This document shows, piece by piece, positions 16,482 to 24,354 of a stretch of DNA of 44,053 nucleotides; position 1 is the first letter of the stretch, and each line of letters starts with the position of its first letter. This DNA comes from Pyrinomonadaceae bacterium (GTDB lineage Bacteria; Acidobacteriota; Blastocatellia; Pyrinomonadales; Pyrinomonadaceae): NCBI GenBank assembly GCA_049283975.1, contig JBAPXA010000280.1, forward strand, positions 1 to 44,053. The letters run 5' to 3'. Position numbers and translations under genes: made by a program. The notes below the pieces were generated by a model, which worked only from the letters and a program-made list of their open reading frames with translations, was not told where the DNA came from and did not search any database.

Positions 16482-19289
16482 TCACTCATCGAGCAACTTC
16501 CCCTCAAACAGTTTCTGTCCGCCCAGCGATGTGTGAAACGCAAATGTGGCCAGCGCCAAAACTGCAAGGAGGGCGATTATCTCATTGCCCCCATACCAGG
16601 CCGAGAGCTTAGTTGTTAGCGGTATGCTCGACAAAAGCTGGAGAACAAAAAAAGACGTGGTCAACGTCACGAGACCGAAGCGCAGCAAAGCAATCACAGT
16701 TAGAGCATTCACTAGCACAGCAAACGGCGCGGTAATCATTGGATCAGGTGATCCCGCAGTGAAAGCTGCGGTAAAGATCAAGACGAATATTAGAGCAGCT
16801 AGCCATTGCCGGCGAGAGACGGCACGCAGCAGAAAGAGCAGGAAAAAATATGACAGCGCGAGCGTGATCCCCTGATACAAGTGCATGAGAAAGCCATGAG
16901 CAACTAGATAGCGGACGCCAAGCCAGACTTCCAATTGATCTGCACCATTTGGAACCACACCGCGCCAGGAGTGGACAAGATTTTCGAGCGGTGAGAGCAG
17001 TGTGAGACTGGTGCCGAACAGAATGCCGACGAGAACATCCCGGCTCACCAACGGATCTCGCAGACTGCCACTAAGCAAACGGTTCCAGGAGACGAGGGTG
17101 TCTGGCCAACGCCTCCGCACGTATGGTTCGAGTGCCAGATAAAGCAACCAGAGAATGCCGGCGGTAAGCAGCGCCGGACTTATACCCAGAATTAAGAAGC
17201 TTGCCACTTCAGCTCCAGTTGGGACATGACTCGCGCCGAAAGCCCAGGAGAGCAGACTGATCGTAAAAACAAAGAGTGCCAGCCGGAATGCACCACGACG
17301 GTCGCCGCGGCCCCGCTGGAAATTGTAGCGGGCCAACAACACCGCTACGAACAGGAGTGAGAAGATGAGGGAGAGAAGGATTGCTTGTTGAATACGTTTC
17401 CCTGTGGTGGTCTGATAAGCCTCTAGACGTTCTGGTCGCGTCCACGGCGCGATGATCTGAAAGTAAACGGGCTTGCCACGATAGCCGGCCGCTTCAATGC
17501 GCAAGGGAACGTCCGGTTGTTCGGGATATGCTCCTGTCCAGGCGGCTCGAGCATCGAACGCGGCGAGCGGCGTCCACTTCGGTTCCGCCGGCGTGAAGCG
17601 TGAAGGATCTAGCCCCGCCGATGCAAAGAGCGCGGTCCATTCCGGCGGGGGCGACTTATCACCCCCTTGGTCTATTTGCGGTGGCACTGCGGTGAATGAG
17701 GTCAGACGTCCCAGGGGATCCAAGGTGACATGCACCATGCCTGAGACATCATGTGGCGGATCCTCTTCTGAAACCGCACCGCGGCTAGCAAATCCCTTCA
17801 CCTCAAGACTGCGCGGACTCTGACGATACCAAAAATAGATGGGAGCCGGTTGCAGCTTAATGAATTGGAGCCAGCGATTGGTGAACTTGTCGTTCTGCTC
17901 AACGTAGCGCCGATATTCGCTGTCGTACGTTAAACCGAAAGCGCTGTCAGTGGGTTGGTCGGTATAACCAAGGCGTTGGATCATGTCGTGGGCTTTGACT
18001 ACCAGCGTGTCCGGCGAATTCTGCTGGAGTACCTGGGCCCGCCAATCTACCTTGTTGCCGAGTAGCGAGGTGCCGACCAGAGCGATAACGATTGCGGCCA
18101 GCAACGCGACCGCGACTGCCGGCCGCAATGCTGTTTTCTCACCCGAAGCCGCGACCATCTCTGGCGATGGCGTCTCACCCGCCGCCAACGCTGCCGCCAA
18201 AGGATCACCGCCCGGTAGTGCAGCCGCTACCTGGATCGCCGACGCGGGCCGTTTGTCTGGATCCTTGTCCAGACACCGCAGGATCACTCTCTCAACCAAC
18301 GGGTCGATGTCCTGGATATGGCTTGAGGGACTGGTTGGCGTTGACTGCTGCTGCAACCTGATCAGGTCGTTCAGGTTCTTCGTTTCGAAAACCCGTTTGC
18401 CGGTAAACAACTCATAAAGCAGCAGTCCAAGGGCGTAAATGTCGCTGCGCTCGGTGACGTCCCTTCCGGTTAACTGTTCCGGGGCCATGTAGCCCGGTGT
18501 GCCAGCCACTGCTTCATGACCGCTCAACTCCGCCGCTACGACGGCAACGCCAAAGTCGGTGATGCGCGCCTTGCCGCGGCCGTCGATCATCACATTGGCG
18601 GGTTTCAGATCGCGATGCAGCACGCCATTGTCATGCGCAGCTGCGAGTCCCGCACAAACCTGTCGCGCAATCTCAATAGCCTTGTCACCCGGCAGACGTC
18701 CGATGCGCCGAAGCAGTGAAGACAAATCTTCGCCATCGATAAATTCCATCGAAAGAAAGTGACGGCCTTGCGCTTCACCAATGTCATAAACCCGGCACAC
18801 GTTCGAGTGCGAGATCTGACGCGTGATGCGAACCTCGTTATGAAAGCGTGCCAGCGCTCCGCCATCGAGCGCGATAGTTTCAGGAAGGAACTTGAGAGCA
18901 ACGATCTGTTTCAGTTTGAGGTCTTCGGCCCGATAGACTTCGCCCATGCCGCCGCGACCTACCAGACTGACGATGCGATAGCGCTCGGTTAGCATCGTGC
19001 CCGACGCGAATCTTGCACCGTCTGCGGAGTCTGCGACATAACCGGTGGGTTGTTTCTGACGGCCGTCACGAGGCATCGCCTCCCGCGGTTTGGATGGCGG
19101 CAGAACGGCTGTCTGGGCCGAGGTCTCCGCCAACACGGCTCCGCAATCCGGACACGCTACCGAATCGCTAGCGACTTTCTGATTGCACGAGAAACAAGTT
19201 GTCACGTCTGGCGCTACCGGCTTTCTACGAAAATATTTCCCTACCAGCAAATAACGACGGTGACACCTCGACACGACCGCCTCGACCAT
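16482..19289 (-). CDS. Ser/Thr protein kinase with an N-terminal zinc ribbon, an extracytoplasmic segment and a C-terminal polytopic membrane domain
   Basis: CFSCNQKVASDSVACPDCG zinc ribbon. Hanks motifs GRGGMGEVYRA, VALKFL, HRDLKPANV, DFGVA, GTPGYMAPE. A TM helix after the kinase domain, about 190 aa of soluble segment, then about 8 predicted TM helices. ATG at 19289. Confidence 0.9.
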   Translation of the reverse strand: MVEAVVSRCHRRYLLVGKYFRRKPVAPDVTTCFSCNQKVASDSVACPDCGAVLAETSAQTAVLPPSKPREAMPRDGRQKQPTGYVADSADGARFASGTMLTERYRIVSLVGRGGMGEVYRAEDLKLKQIVALKFLPETIALDGGALARFHNEVRITRQISHSNVCRVYDIGEAQGRHFLSMEFIDGEDLSSLLRRIGRLPGDKAIEIARQVCAGLAAAHDNGVLHRDLKPANVMIDGRGKARITDFGVAVVAAELSGHEAVAGTPGYMAPEQLTGRDVTERSDIYALGLLLYELFTGKRVFETKNLNDLIRLQQQSTPTSPSSHIQDIDPLVERVILRCLDKDPDKRPASAIQVAAALPGGDPLAAALAAGETPSPEMVAASGEKTALRPAVAVALLAAIVIALVGTSLLGNKVDWRAQVLQQNSPDTLVVKAHDMIQRLGYTDQPTDSAFGLTYDSEYRRYVEQNDKFTNRWLQFIKLQPAPIYFWYRQSPRSLEVKGFASRGAVSEEDPPHDVSGMVHVTLDPLGRLTSFTAVPPQIDQGGDKSPPPEWTALFASAGLDPSRFTPAEPKWTPLAAFDARAAWTGAYPEQPDVPLRIEAAGYRGKPVYFQIIAPWTRPERLEAYQTTTGKRIQQAILLSLIFSLLFVAVLLARYNFQRGRGDRRGAFRLALFVFTISLLSWAFGASHVPTGAEVASFLILGISPALLTAGILWLLYLALEPYVRRRWPDTLVSWNRLLSGSLRDPLVSRDVLVGILFGTSLTLLSPLENLVHSWRGVVPNGADQLEVWLGVRYLVAHGFLMHLYQGITLALSYFFLLFLLRAVSRRQWLAALIFVLIFTAAFTAGSPDPMITAPFAVLVNALTVIALLRFGLVTLTTSFFVLQLLSSIPLTTKLSAWYGGNEIIALLAVLALATFAFHTSLGGQKLFEGKLLDE

Positions 19290-19966
19290 TCCGTGGCGGA
19301 TGTAAAGACAAGGTCGCGGGTAACCTCTTCAATTTGCTGGGAAAGTTATGTCCGGGGCTAGTTCTTCTGGACGTTTGTAAAGCACGGTTATCTTAACCAT
19401 TTTTATGTGAGCACGCTAGAATTCGTGCTCAGTACAATTTCGAGTACGGTTGTTGACGTGATCCCCAGCCGTGACTGATCGGATACGGCAAGGATCCCGA
19501 GTTGGGCCATTTCTTGTTTGATACTGAAGAACAGCAAGGCAGCTTTGGAAGATCACCGACGCAATGAGGTTCACGACAGGCTTAGGTTGAATCGCAAGGC
19601 CGAGCGATCGAAAAACAAAGCTCTTGCTCTATTGCTGGCGCAAGCGGGCACAGCCGTCACTCAGTTGGTTAACACCCGCACAAACAGGTGTCATATGCCT
19701 TTCGTTGTTGCGTGCGCGAACGGCGTTGGGCTTTTCTTGGGTGCTTTTTAGTAGCGTGCGCAAATTGACGGAAGGCAAGGAATAAATCCGAAGTCTTGTA
19801 ACTTACTGCTTGTAGGAGGTTTTTACGTACAAACAATGCGTTTATGCTTGTGGAGTTCTTCGCGACTTTTTAAGAGGACAGAGGAAATGAGAGAAACGAT
19901 TTGAATTCTTCTAAGCGGTTGTGGTTTCAGTAAGTAGCGATCTAATATGCGTTACTTTCATGAGTG

Positions 19967-20041
<75 letters not shown>

Positions 20042-20188
20042 TTTTTCTGATGAGCACTCCGCTTTGATCTCCGCAAAGCGGGGTGCCTCGGTGGATGTGC
20101 TTATCCTCGATGCTCCAGAGTACCTAAAGCCTGAAGAGCTGCCGTTCATAAATCTCCTGAAGGAGCAATCGTAAGTCACACAAAGAGT

Positions 20189-20761
20189 ATGAAAACGACA
20201 CGTATTGCTGCCTGGTTTCTGCTGTTAACTATGGTAGTCATTTCGGCAACCGCTCAATCGGAAGACGAAATTAATGACAAGAACTGGCAGAACCATCCCC
20301 AGATCATTGCGATCCGGAGGATCGTCAATTCGGCGAATGCCGAAGTCAGGCGTGGCGCGTTCAGGACTGAGCATCGAATCTGTGAGCAGGGCTGGTTTAG
20401 TCGGCTTCGAATCGCCCGCGACTCAAACGCGACCGTCAGATGGTACCAGCATTATCAGGAGGGGGAAGACTCGTCCTGGGACAATAATTTCTACTACGAC
20501 GATGCGGGTCATTTGCGGTTTGTGTTAATGACCTCTTATGCCATAAACGGCACACGAGAACAGCATCGCGCCTATTTCGATGAAAGCGGACGTCTCATCT
20601 ACCATGGTCGTCGGCTCCTCAAAGGGGCGGGATACTTTGGACCTCAGGTCGAAGATCTCAAGGAACTGGTACGCATGGATCCAAGAAAGAATTTTGCGGA
20701 AGAAGCGCAAGGATGCAAAGAGATAAAGCCCTCCGCAAAGCATCGCACGAGAAAAAACTGA
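20189..20761 (+). CDS. Hypothetical secreted protein (cargo between the tRNA and its 3' fragment copy)
   Basis: 190-aa ORF with ATG start. Signal peptide MKTTRIAAWFLLLTMVVISATAQ. No recognisable family. Visibly more AT-rich than flanking genes. Confidence 0.7.
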   Translation: MKTTRIAAWFLLLTMVVISATAQSEDEINDKNWQNHPQIIAIRRIVNSANAEVRRGAFRTEHRICEQGWFSRLRIARDSNATVRWYQHYQEGEDSSWDNNFYYDDAGHLRFVLMTSYAINGTREQHRAYFDESGRLIYHGRRLLKGAGYFGPQVEDLKELVRMDPRKNFAEEAQGCKEIKPSAKHRTRKN

Positions 20762-20834
20762 ATGACATCGTACGGACTAAAGTCAAAGATATAGACCCTG
20801 AGAATCACACGGTTCTACATAGACGCTGTAGAAT

Positions 20835-20864
20835 TCAGTAGTTCGAATCTAATAGCGGGCACCA
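20835..20864 (+). repeat. Direct copy of the tRNA-Val 3' end (att-like scar)
   Basis: tcagtagttcgaatctaatagcgggcacca versus 20012..20041 tcagtagttcgaatctactagcgggcacca: 29 of 30 identical, same orientation. Confidence 0.85.
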
Positions 20865-20871
20865 AAAAAAA

Positions 20872-20918
20872 CAGGAGGCAGACGGCAGGAGCAGGAGGCA
20901 GTTAGACAGTAGGCAGGG
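20872..20918. repeat. GGCAG-rich low-complexity tract
   Basis: Sequence caggaggcagacggcaggagcaggaggcagttagacagtaggcaggg. It shares the 12-mer gcagacggcagg (20878..20889) with the reverse complement of 31255..31266, and caggaggcag with 31141..31186. Confidence 0.55.
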
Positions 20919-20944
20919 ATTAACTAGCCAAAGATCTCCGATGG

Positions 20945-20971
20945 AAATGCGAGGCATAGCCTCGCATTTTT
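20945..20971 (+). terminator. Rho-independent terminator-like hairpin (also hairpin A of the repeated upstream module)
   Basis: Stem aaatgcgaggc / gcctcgcattt with loop ata, running into ttttt (20967..20971). Confidence 0.55.
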
Positions 20972-21054
20972 GATTGAGGTCCACTTGCCGGTAAGGCAAG
21001 CCTTACCACACGGGAGACGGCAGAGCCGTTAGATTCTGAGAGGCCTCTCCTCAC

Positions 21055-21087
21055 GGGGTTGACACGCCAACGATTGCACGCTACCAA
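21055..21087 (+). promoter_or_regulatory. Conserved box ggggTTGACAcgccaacgattgcacg upstream of the kinase gene (candidate promoter/operator)
   Basis: 21055..21080 is identical over 26 bp to 28415..28440. It contains a perfect -35 TTGACA (21059..21064). The hexamer 17 bp downstream is only taccaa, a poor -10. ATG is at 21144. Confidence 0.4.
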
Positions 21088-21143
21088 GTCACAGCGATTT
21101 ACCAGCCCAGCAGCAGACAGAAGGCAGTGCCGTCATTTCGCCG

Positions 21144-23570
21144 ATGATTCCTGAATCCATAGCGCACTATCGGATACTCAAAAAGTTGGGCGCGGGCGGG
21201 ATGGGTGAAGTCTATCTGGCGCTCGATACCAAGCTCGATCGGAAGGTTGCCATCAAAGTCCTGCGCTCGGACTGGCTCGAAGAAGAACACCTGAAGAAGC
21301 GTCTGATCAGAGAAGCTCAAGCTGCTGCCAAGCTGGACCATCCTCACATCTGCGCGGTCTACGACGTCAACGAAGCAGGCCCTTTCACCTTCATCGTCAT
21401 GCAATACATCGAAGGTGAATCACTTGCCGAAAAGATGGAACGCGATCCGCTGACACTCAGCGCTGCGTTGGCAATAGTCCAGCAAGCTGCGGAAGGCCTG
21501 GCGGAAGCTCACGCGCACGGCGTTGTTCATCGCGACATTAAACCGCAGAACATGATCGTTACTCCGCGGGGTGGCCTGAAAATCCTGGACTTCGGGCTGG
21601 CTAAGCAGCTGCGCTCAAGCGACACAGTAGACGATGAAGCGCAGACAGCTACTCTCTTGAGCAAGCCCGGCCTTGTTGTTGGGACCATGCCTTACATGTC
21701 GCCGGAGCAGGTGCAGGGCGAACCACTGGATCCCTCCACCGATATTTTTAGCCTCGGCGTGACCCTCTATGAAATGTTGGCGGGAAAACATCCTTTCAAG
21801 GATAAGAGCGCTGCCGTCACCATGTCTCGGATACTGCTTGGCGAACCCGTTCCCATCGAGCAATTTCAAACTCAAGTCTCGCCGGAGTTACAGGCTCTAT
21901 TGGGAAAGATGCTCCGCAAAGACAAAGCGGCGCGGTATCAAGATGCCCAAGCCTTACTCACGGATCTAAGACAACTACCGGCGCAGCGCACGACGGAGGA
22001 GACCCACGCTGCCACTCGGCCTACCGCAGAGGCTTCAGCAATCACGCCTGAGGAAACCATGGCGGACGGTGTTTTCAGCAAGGCCTGGCGCAACAAGTGG
22101 CCCTTGTTGGCGGCGGTGCTGGCACTCGTGCTGCTAGTGGTTGCAATTAGCACTTGGCTAACTAAAGAGCAACCGGACTCTTTAGCGATCCTCCCGTTCA
22201 CGTATGCGTCAAACGATCCGCAACTCATAGCTAATCCCGATCGCGAATACTTAAGCGACGGCATGACGGAGAGCATCATCAACAACCTGTCGCAATTGAC
22301 CAACTTGAAAGTGATCGCGCGTAGCTCGGTCTTTCGCTACAAGGGTAAGGTACTCGACGTGCAAACAGTCGGGCGGGAACTTAATGTGCGCGCGGTGCTG
22401 ACCGGGGAGATCAAACAAGCAGGCGATGACGTAAGGATTGCTGTTGAGCTGATGGACGTTGAAGGAAACCGCTCGATCTGGGGCGACACATATCAACGAA
22501 AAACTGCGGACATCCAAAGTATCCAAAGAGACATTGCCAAAAACGTTTCCGAAAGACTCCGCTTGAAATTGACCGCAGCGGATCAGGACCAACTAGCTAA
22601 GTCTTATACAGACAGCGGTGACGCATACCAGGCCTATTTGAAAGGACGTTACTACTGGAACAAGCGCAGTGATGAAGGCTTTAAGCAGGCGATCTTTTTT
22701 TTCCAGGAAGCGATTGCTAAAGATCCAACCTACGCGTTGGCGTATACCGGACTGGCGGATTGCTACACGCTCCGAAGCGATTACGGCTTTCTCGCGCCCC
22801 AGGAAGGCTATGCTTTGGCGAAAGGAGCCGTGACCCTGGCGCTCAAATACGACGATAGTCTCGCCGAAGCCCACACTTCGTTGGCCTCAATCAAGGCCGT
22901 TGCCGACTGGGATTGGCAGGGAGCGGAGAATGAGTATCGCCGGGCAATAGAGTTAAACCCAAAATATCCTACTGCCCATCATTGGTTTGGAGCACAGTTG
23001 CTTCTCCAGGGTAGGTTCGACGAGGCACTTCAGGAAATCAGAAAAGCGCAGCACTTGGATCCGCTTTCGCTTGGCATTAATAAGGATTTAGCAGTCGCAC
23101 TCCTTTATGCGCGCAATTACGATAAGGCGTTGGAACAGTGCCGGAAGACTTTGGAGATCGAGCCGCAATTTGGCGCCATGTTTACTTACATTGCCCAGAT
23201 CTATGAATTACAACAGAAGTACCCGGAGGCGACCGCCGAACTGGAAAAGGCACATGCCGCAGCCCCCGACGATGGCGAGGTCACTTATGGACTCGGCCAG
23301 GCATACGCGCTTATGGGAAGAAAGGATGAGGCGCTGAATATAGCAAATGACCTGCATCAACCGGGCAAACAAAATGTGTACCTGCCAAAAGAAGCGGCCT
23401 ATCTCTATTCACTGCTTGGTGAAAAAGAGCAAGCGATTGCGATCTTACAAAAGGCTGCCGAGAACCATTACCTGGCGGTCGCTGAATTGAAGATGGACCC
23501 CCGCCTCACTGAGTTGCGCAAGGACGCTCGCATCGTTGAACTCTTGCAGAAGATTGGACTGGGGCAGTGA
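21144..23570 (+). CDS. Ser/Thr protein kinase with a TM helix, a TolB-N-like module and TPR repeats
   Basis: Hanks motifs GAGGMGEVYLA, VAIKVL, HRDIKPQNM, DFGLA, GTMPYMSPE. TM WPLLAAVLALVLLVVAISTWL. Then SLAILPFTYAS...YLSDGMTESIINNLSQL and multiple TPR units. Confidence 0.92.
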   Translation: MIPESIAHYRILKKLGAGGMGEVYLALDTKLDRKVAIKVLRSDWLEEEHLKKRLIREAQAAAKLDHPHICAVYDVNEAGPFTFIVMQYIEGESLAEKMERDPLTLSAALAIVQQAAEGLAEAHAHGVVHRDIKPQNMIVTPRGGLKILDFGLAKQLRSSDTVDDEAQTATLLSKPGLVVGTMPYMSPEQVQGEPLDPSTDIFSLGVTLYEMLAGKHPFKDKSAAVTMSRILLGEPVPIEQFQTQVSPELQALLGKMLRKDKAARYQDAQALLTDLRQLPAQRTTEETHAATRPTAEASAITPEETMADGVFSKAWRNKWPLLAAVLALVLLVVAISTWLTKEQPDSLAILPFTYASNDPQLIANPDREYLSDGMTESIINNLSQLTNLKVIARSSVFRYKGKVLDVQTVGRELNVRAVLTGEIKQAGDDVRIAVELMDVEGNRSIWGDTYQRKTADIQSIQRDIAKNVSERLRLKLTAADQDQLAKSYTDSGDAYQAYLKGRYYWNKRSDEGFKQAIFFFQEAIAKDPTYALAYTGLADCYTLRSDYGFLAPQEGYALAKGAVTLALKYDDSLAEAHTSLASIKAVADWDWQGAENEYRRAIELNPKYPTAHHWFGAQLLLQGRFDEALQEIRKAQHLDPLSLGINKDLAVALLYARNYDKALEQCRKTLEIEPQFGAMFTYIAQIYELQQKYPEATAELEKAHAAAPDDGEVTYGLGQAYALMGRKDEALNIANDLHQPGKQNVYLPKEAAYLYSLLGEKEQAIAILQKAAENHYLAVAELKMDPRLTELRKDARIVELLQKIGLGQ

Positions 23571-23596
23571 CTTCCGCGGACAGAAGCAACGCTTTC

Positions 23597-23780
23597 GTGA
23601 GGCCCGCAGGGCCGCCAATCAATAGCCACGCCCGTAAGGGCGTGGTCATCTTGCGAACCTCTTTGTGGAGGCCCAAAGGGCCGACACTTAATGGTGCCGG
23701 CGCTTCGCGCCTCGTGAGAATCAAACGTGATCCACGCCCTCACGGGCGTGGCTACTGACTAACGGCCCTGCGGGCCTCAC
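23597..23780. repeat. 184-bp nested palindromic hairpin array (REP/BIME- or MITE-like element E1)
   Basis: Perfect 18-bp terminal inverted repeat gtgaggcccgcagggccg (23597..23614) / cggccctgcgggcctcac (23763..23780). Inner hairpins ccacgccc-gtaa-gggcgtgg (23626..23645) and ccacgccc-tcac-gggcgtgg (23732..23751). Central hairpins ggccc-aaa-gggcc and ggcgc-ttc-gcgcc. Confidence 0.8.
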
Positions 23781-23833
23781 AAAAATTGAAGACCGCGAAA
23801 AATGAACAGCTAACTGTTCACCTTCGCGGTCTT
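23781..23833 (-). terminator. Rho-independent terminator for the small minus-strand ORF
   Basis: Stem aagaccgcgaa (23789..23799) / ttcgcggtctt (23823..23833) extended by tgaacag/ctgttca. On the minus strand it is followed by caattttt. Confidence 0.55.
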
Positions 23834-23865
23834 GAATAGGGGAAATGCCTGGACTTCAGGCTCGG

Positions 23866-23961
23866 CTATCTCTTTTTCGCAGCTTTCTTCTTAGCGGCTT
23901 TTTTAGGAGCAGCTTTCTTTTTGGTCGACTTCTTCTTCGGCTCACCGCCTTTAATGGACAT
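23866..23961 (-). CDS. Small Lys/Ala-rich basic protein (31 aa), histone H1-like composition; not in the supplied ORF track
   Basis: Manual translation gives MSIKGGEPKKKSTKKKAAPKKAAKKKAAKKR with stop TAG at 23868..23866. gagagga lies 8 nt upstream of ATG 23961. There is no canonical in-frame start further upstream before the stop at 24091..24093. It has its own terminator and a TTGACA promoter candidate. Confidence 0.45.
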   Translation of the reverse strand: MSIKGGEPKKKSTKKKAAPKKAAKKKAAKKR

Positions 23962-24036
23962 TGAAGTTTTCCTCTCTGTTGCGAAAGTAGTTGATCCAAG
24001 ATCTGGGACACTAGGGTGAACCAGTCTTGTGGGCAG

Positions 24037-24065
24037 TGTATAAAGCTTTCGATACGACGTGTCAA
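24037..24065 (-). promoter_or_regulatory. Sigma-70-like promoter candidate for the small basic ORF
   Basis: On the minus strand: TTGACA (24065..24060), a 17-nt spacer, then TATACA (24042..24037), about 75 nt upstream of ATG 23961. Confidence 0.35.
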
Positions 24066-24140
24066 TTACTTTAATAGTTTTTGTTGCGTCTTAGTTTCGT
24101 TGAAAGTATCAGATAACTTCGAAAGACCTGAACACGCATT

Positions 24141-24330
24141 CGACGCGTAGCGTCGGTTTGATTTTAGCCCGGCCTTTCAAGGCCGGGAACGATCACGAGA
24201 TCAACGCGCGTAGCGTAGCGACGCCTGAAATTGCTCGCTCGATCAATCGTCGCGACGCGACGAGAACGGCTAATGACTTCATCCCGGCGTTGAAACGCCG
24301 GGCTAAAGTCACACCGACGCTAACGCGTCG
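24141..24330. repeat. 190-bp nested palindromic hairpin array (element E2), 24 nt upstream of the 24355 start codon
   Basis: Outer hairpins cgacgc-gta-gcgtcg (24141..24155) and cgacgc-taac-gcgtcg (24315..24330). Inner hairpins cccggcc-tttcaa-ggccggg (24168..24187) and cccggcg-ttgaaa-cgccggg (24283..24302). The arms are reverse complements of each other apart from a compensatory stem change. Confidence 0.75.
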
Positions 24331-24354
24331 AAAACCCCACCTCAGCAGCCGGCC

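Noticed and set aside
16001-16485. Two overlapping minus-strand ORFs (102 aa and 90 aa) in the gap downstream of the kinase gene
   Set aside because: There is no recognisable motif or RBS, the frames overlap each other, and the composition is atypical. The region is treated as non-coding or decayed.
19518-19751. 77-aa plus-strand ORF in the 676-bp gap upstream of tRNA-Val
   Set aside because: It has a TTG start without an RBS and no family resemblance. I also found only ORFs of about 20 codons here. I could not support a protein or a defined ncRNA.
21082-21087. Calling the conserved kinase-upstream box a complete sigma-70 promoter
   Set aside because: The -35 hexamer is perfect, but the hexamers at 17-bp spacing (taccaa, taggaa) are poor -10 elements. 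The box is kept only as a candidate regulatory element.
23856-24065. 69-aa minus-strand ORF from the track
   Set aside because: It has a TTG start, no RBS, and an Arg/Leu-rich product that is the off-frame reading of the Lys/Ala-rich 31-codon ORF. The other frame has better start, RBS and promoter signals.
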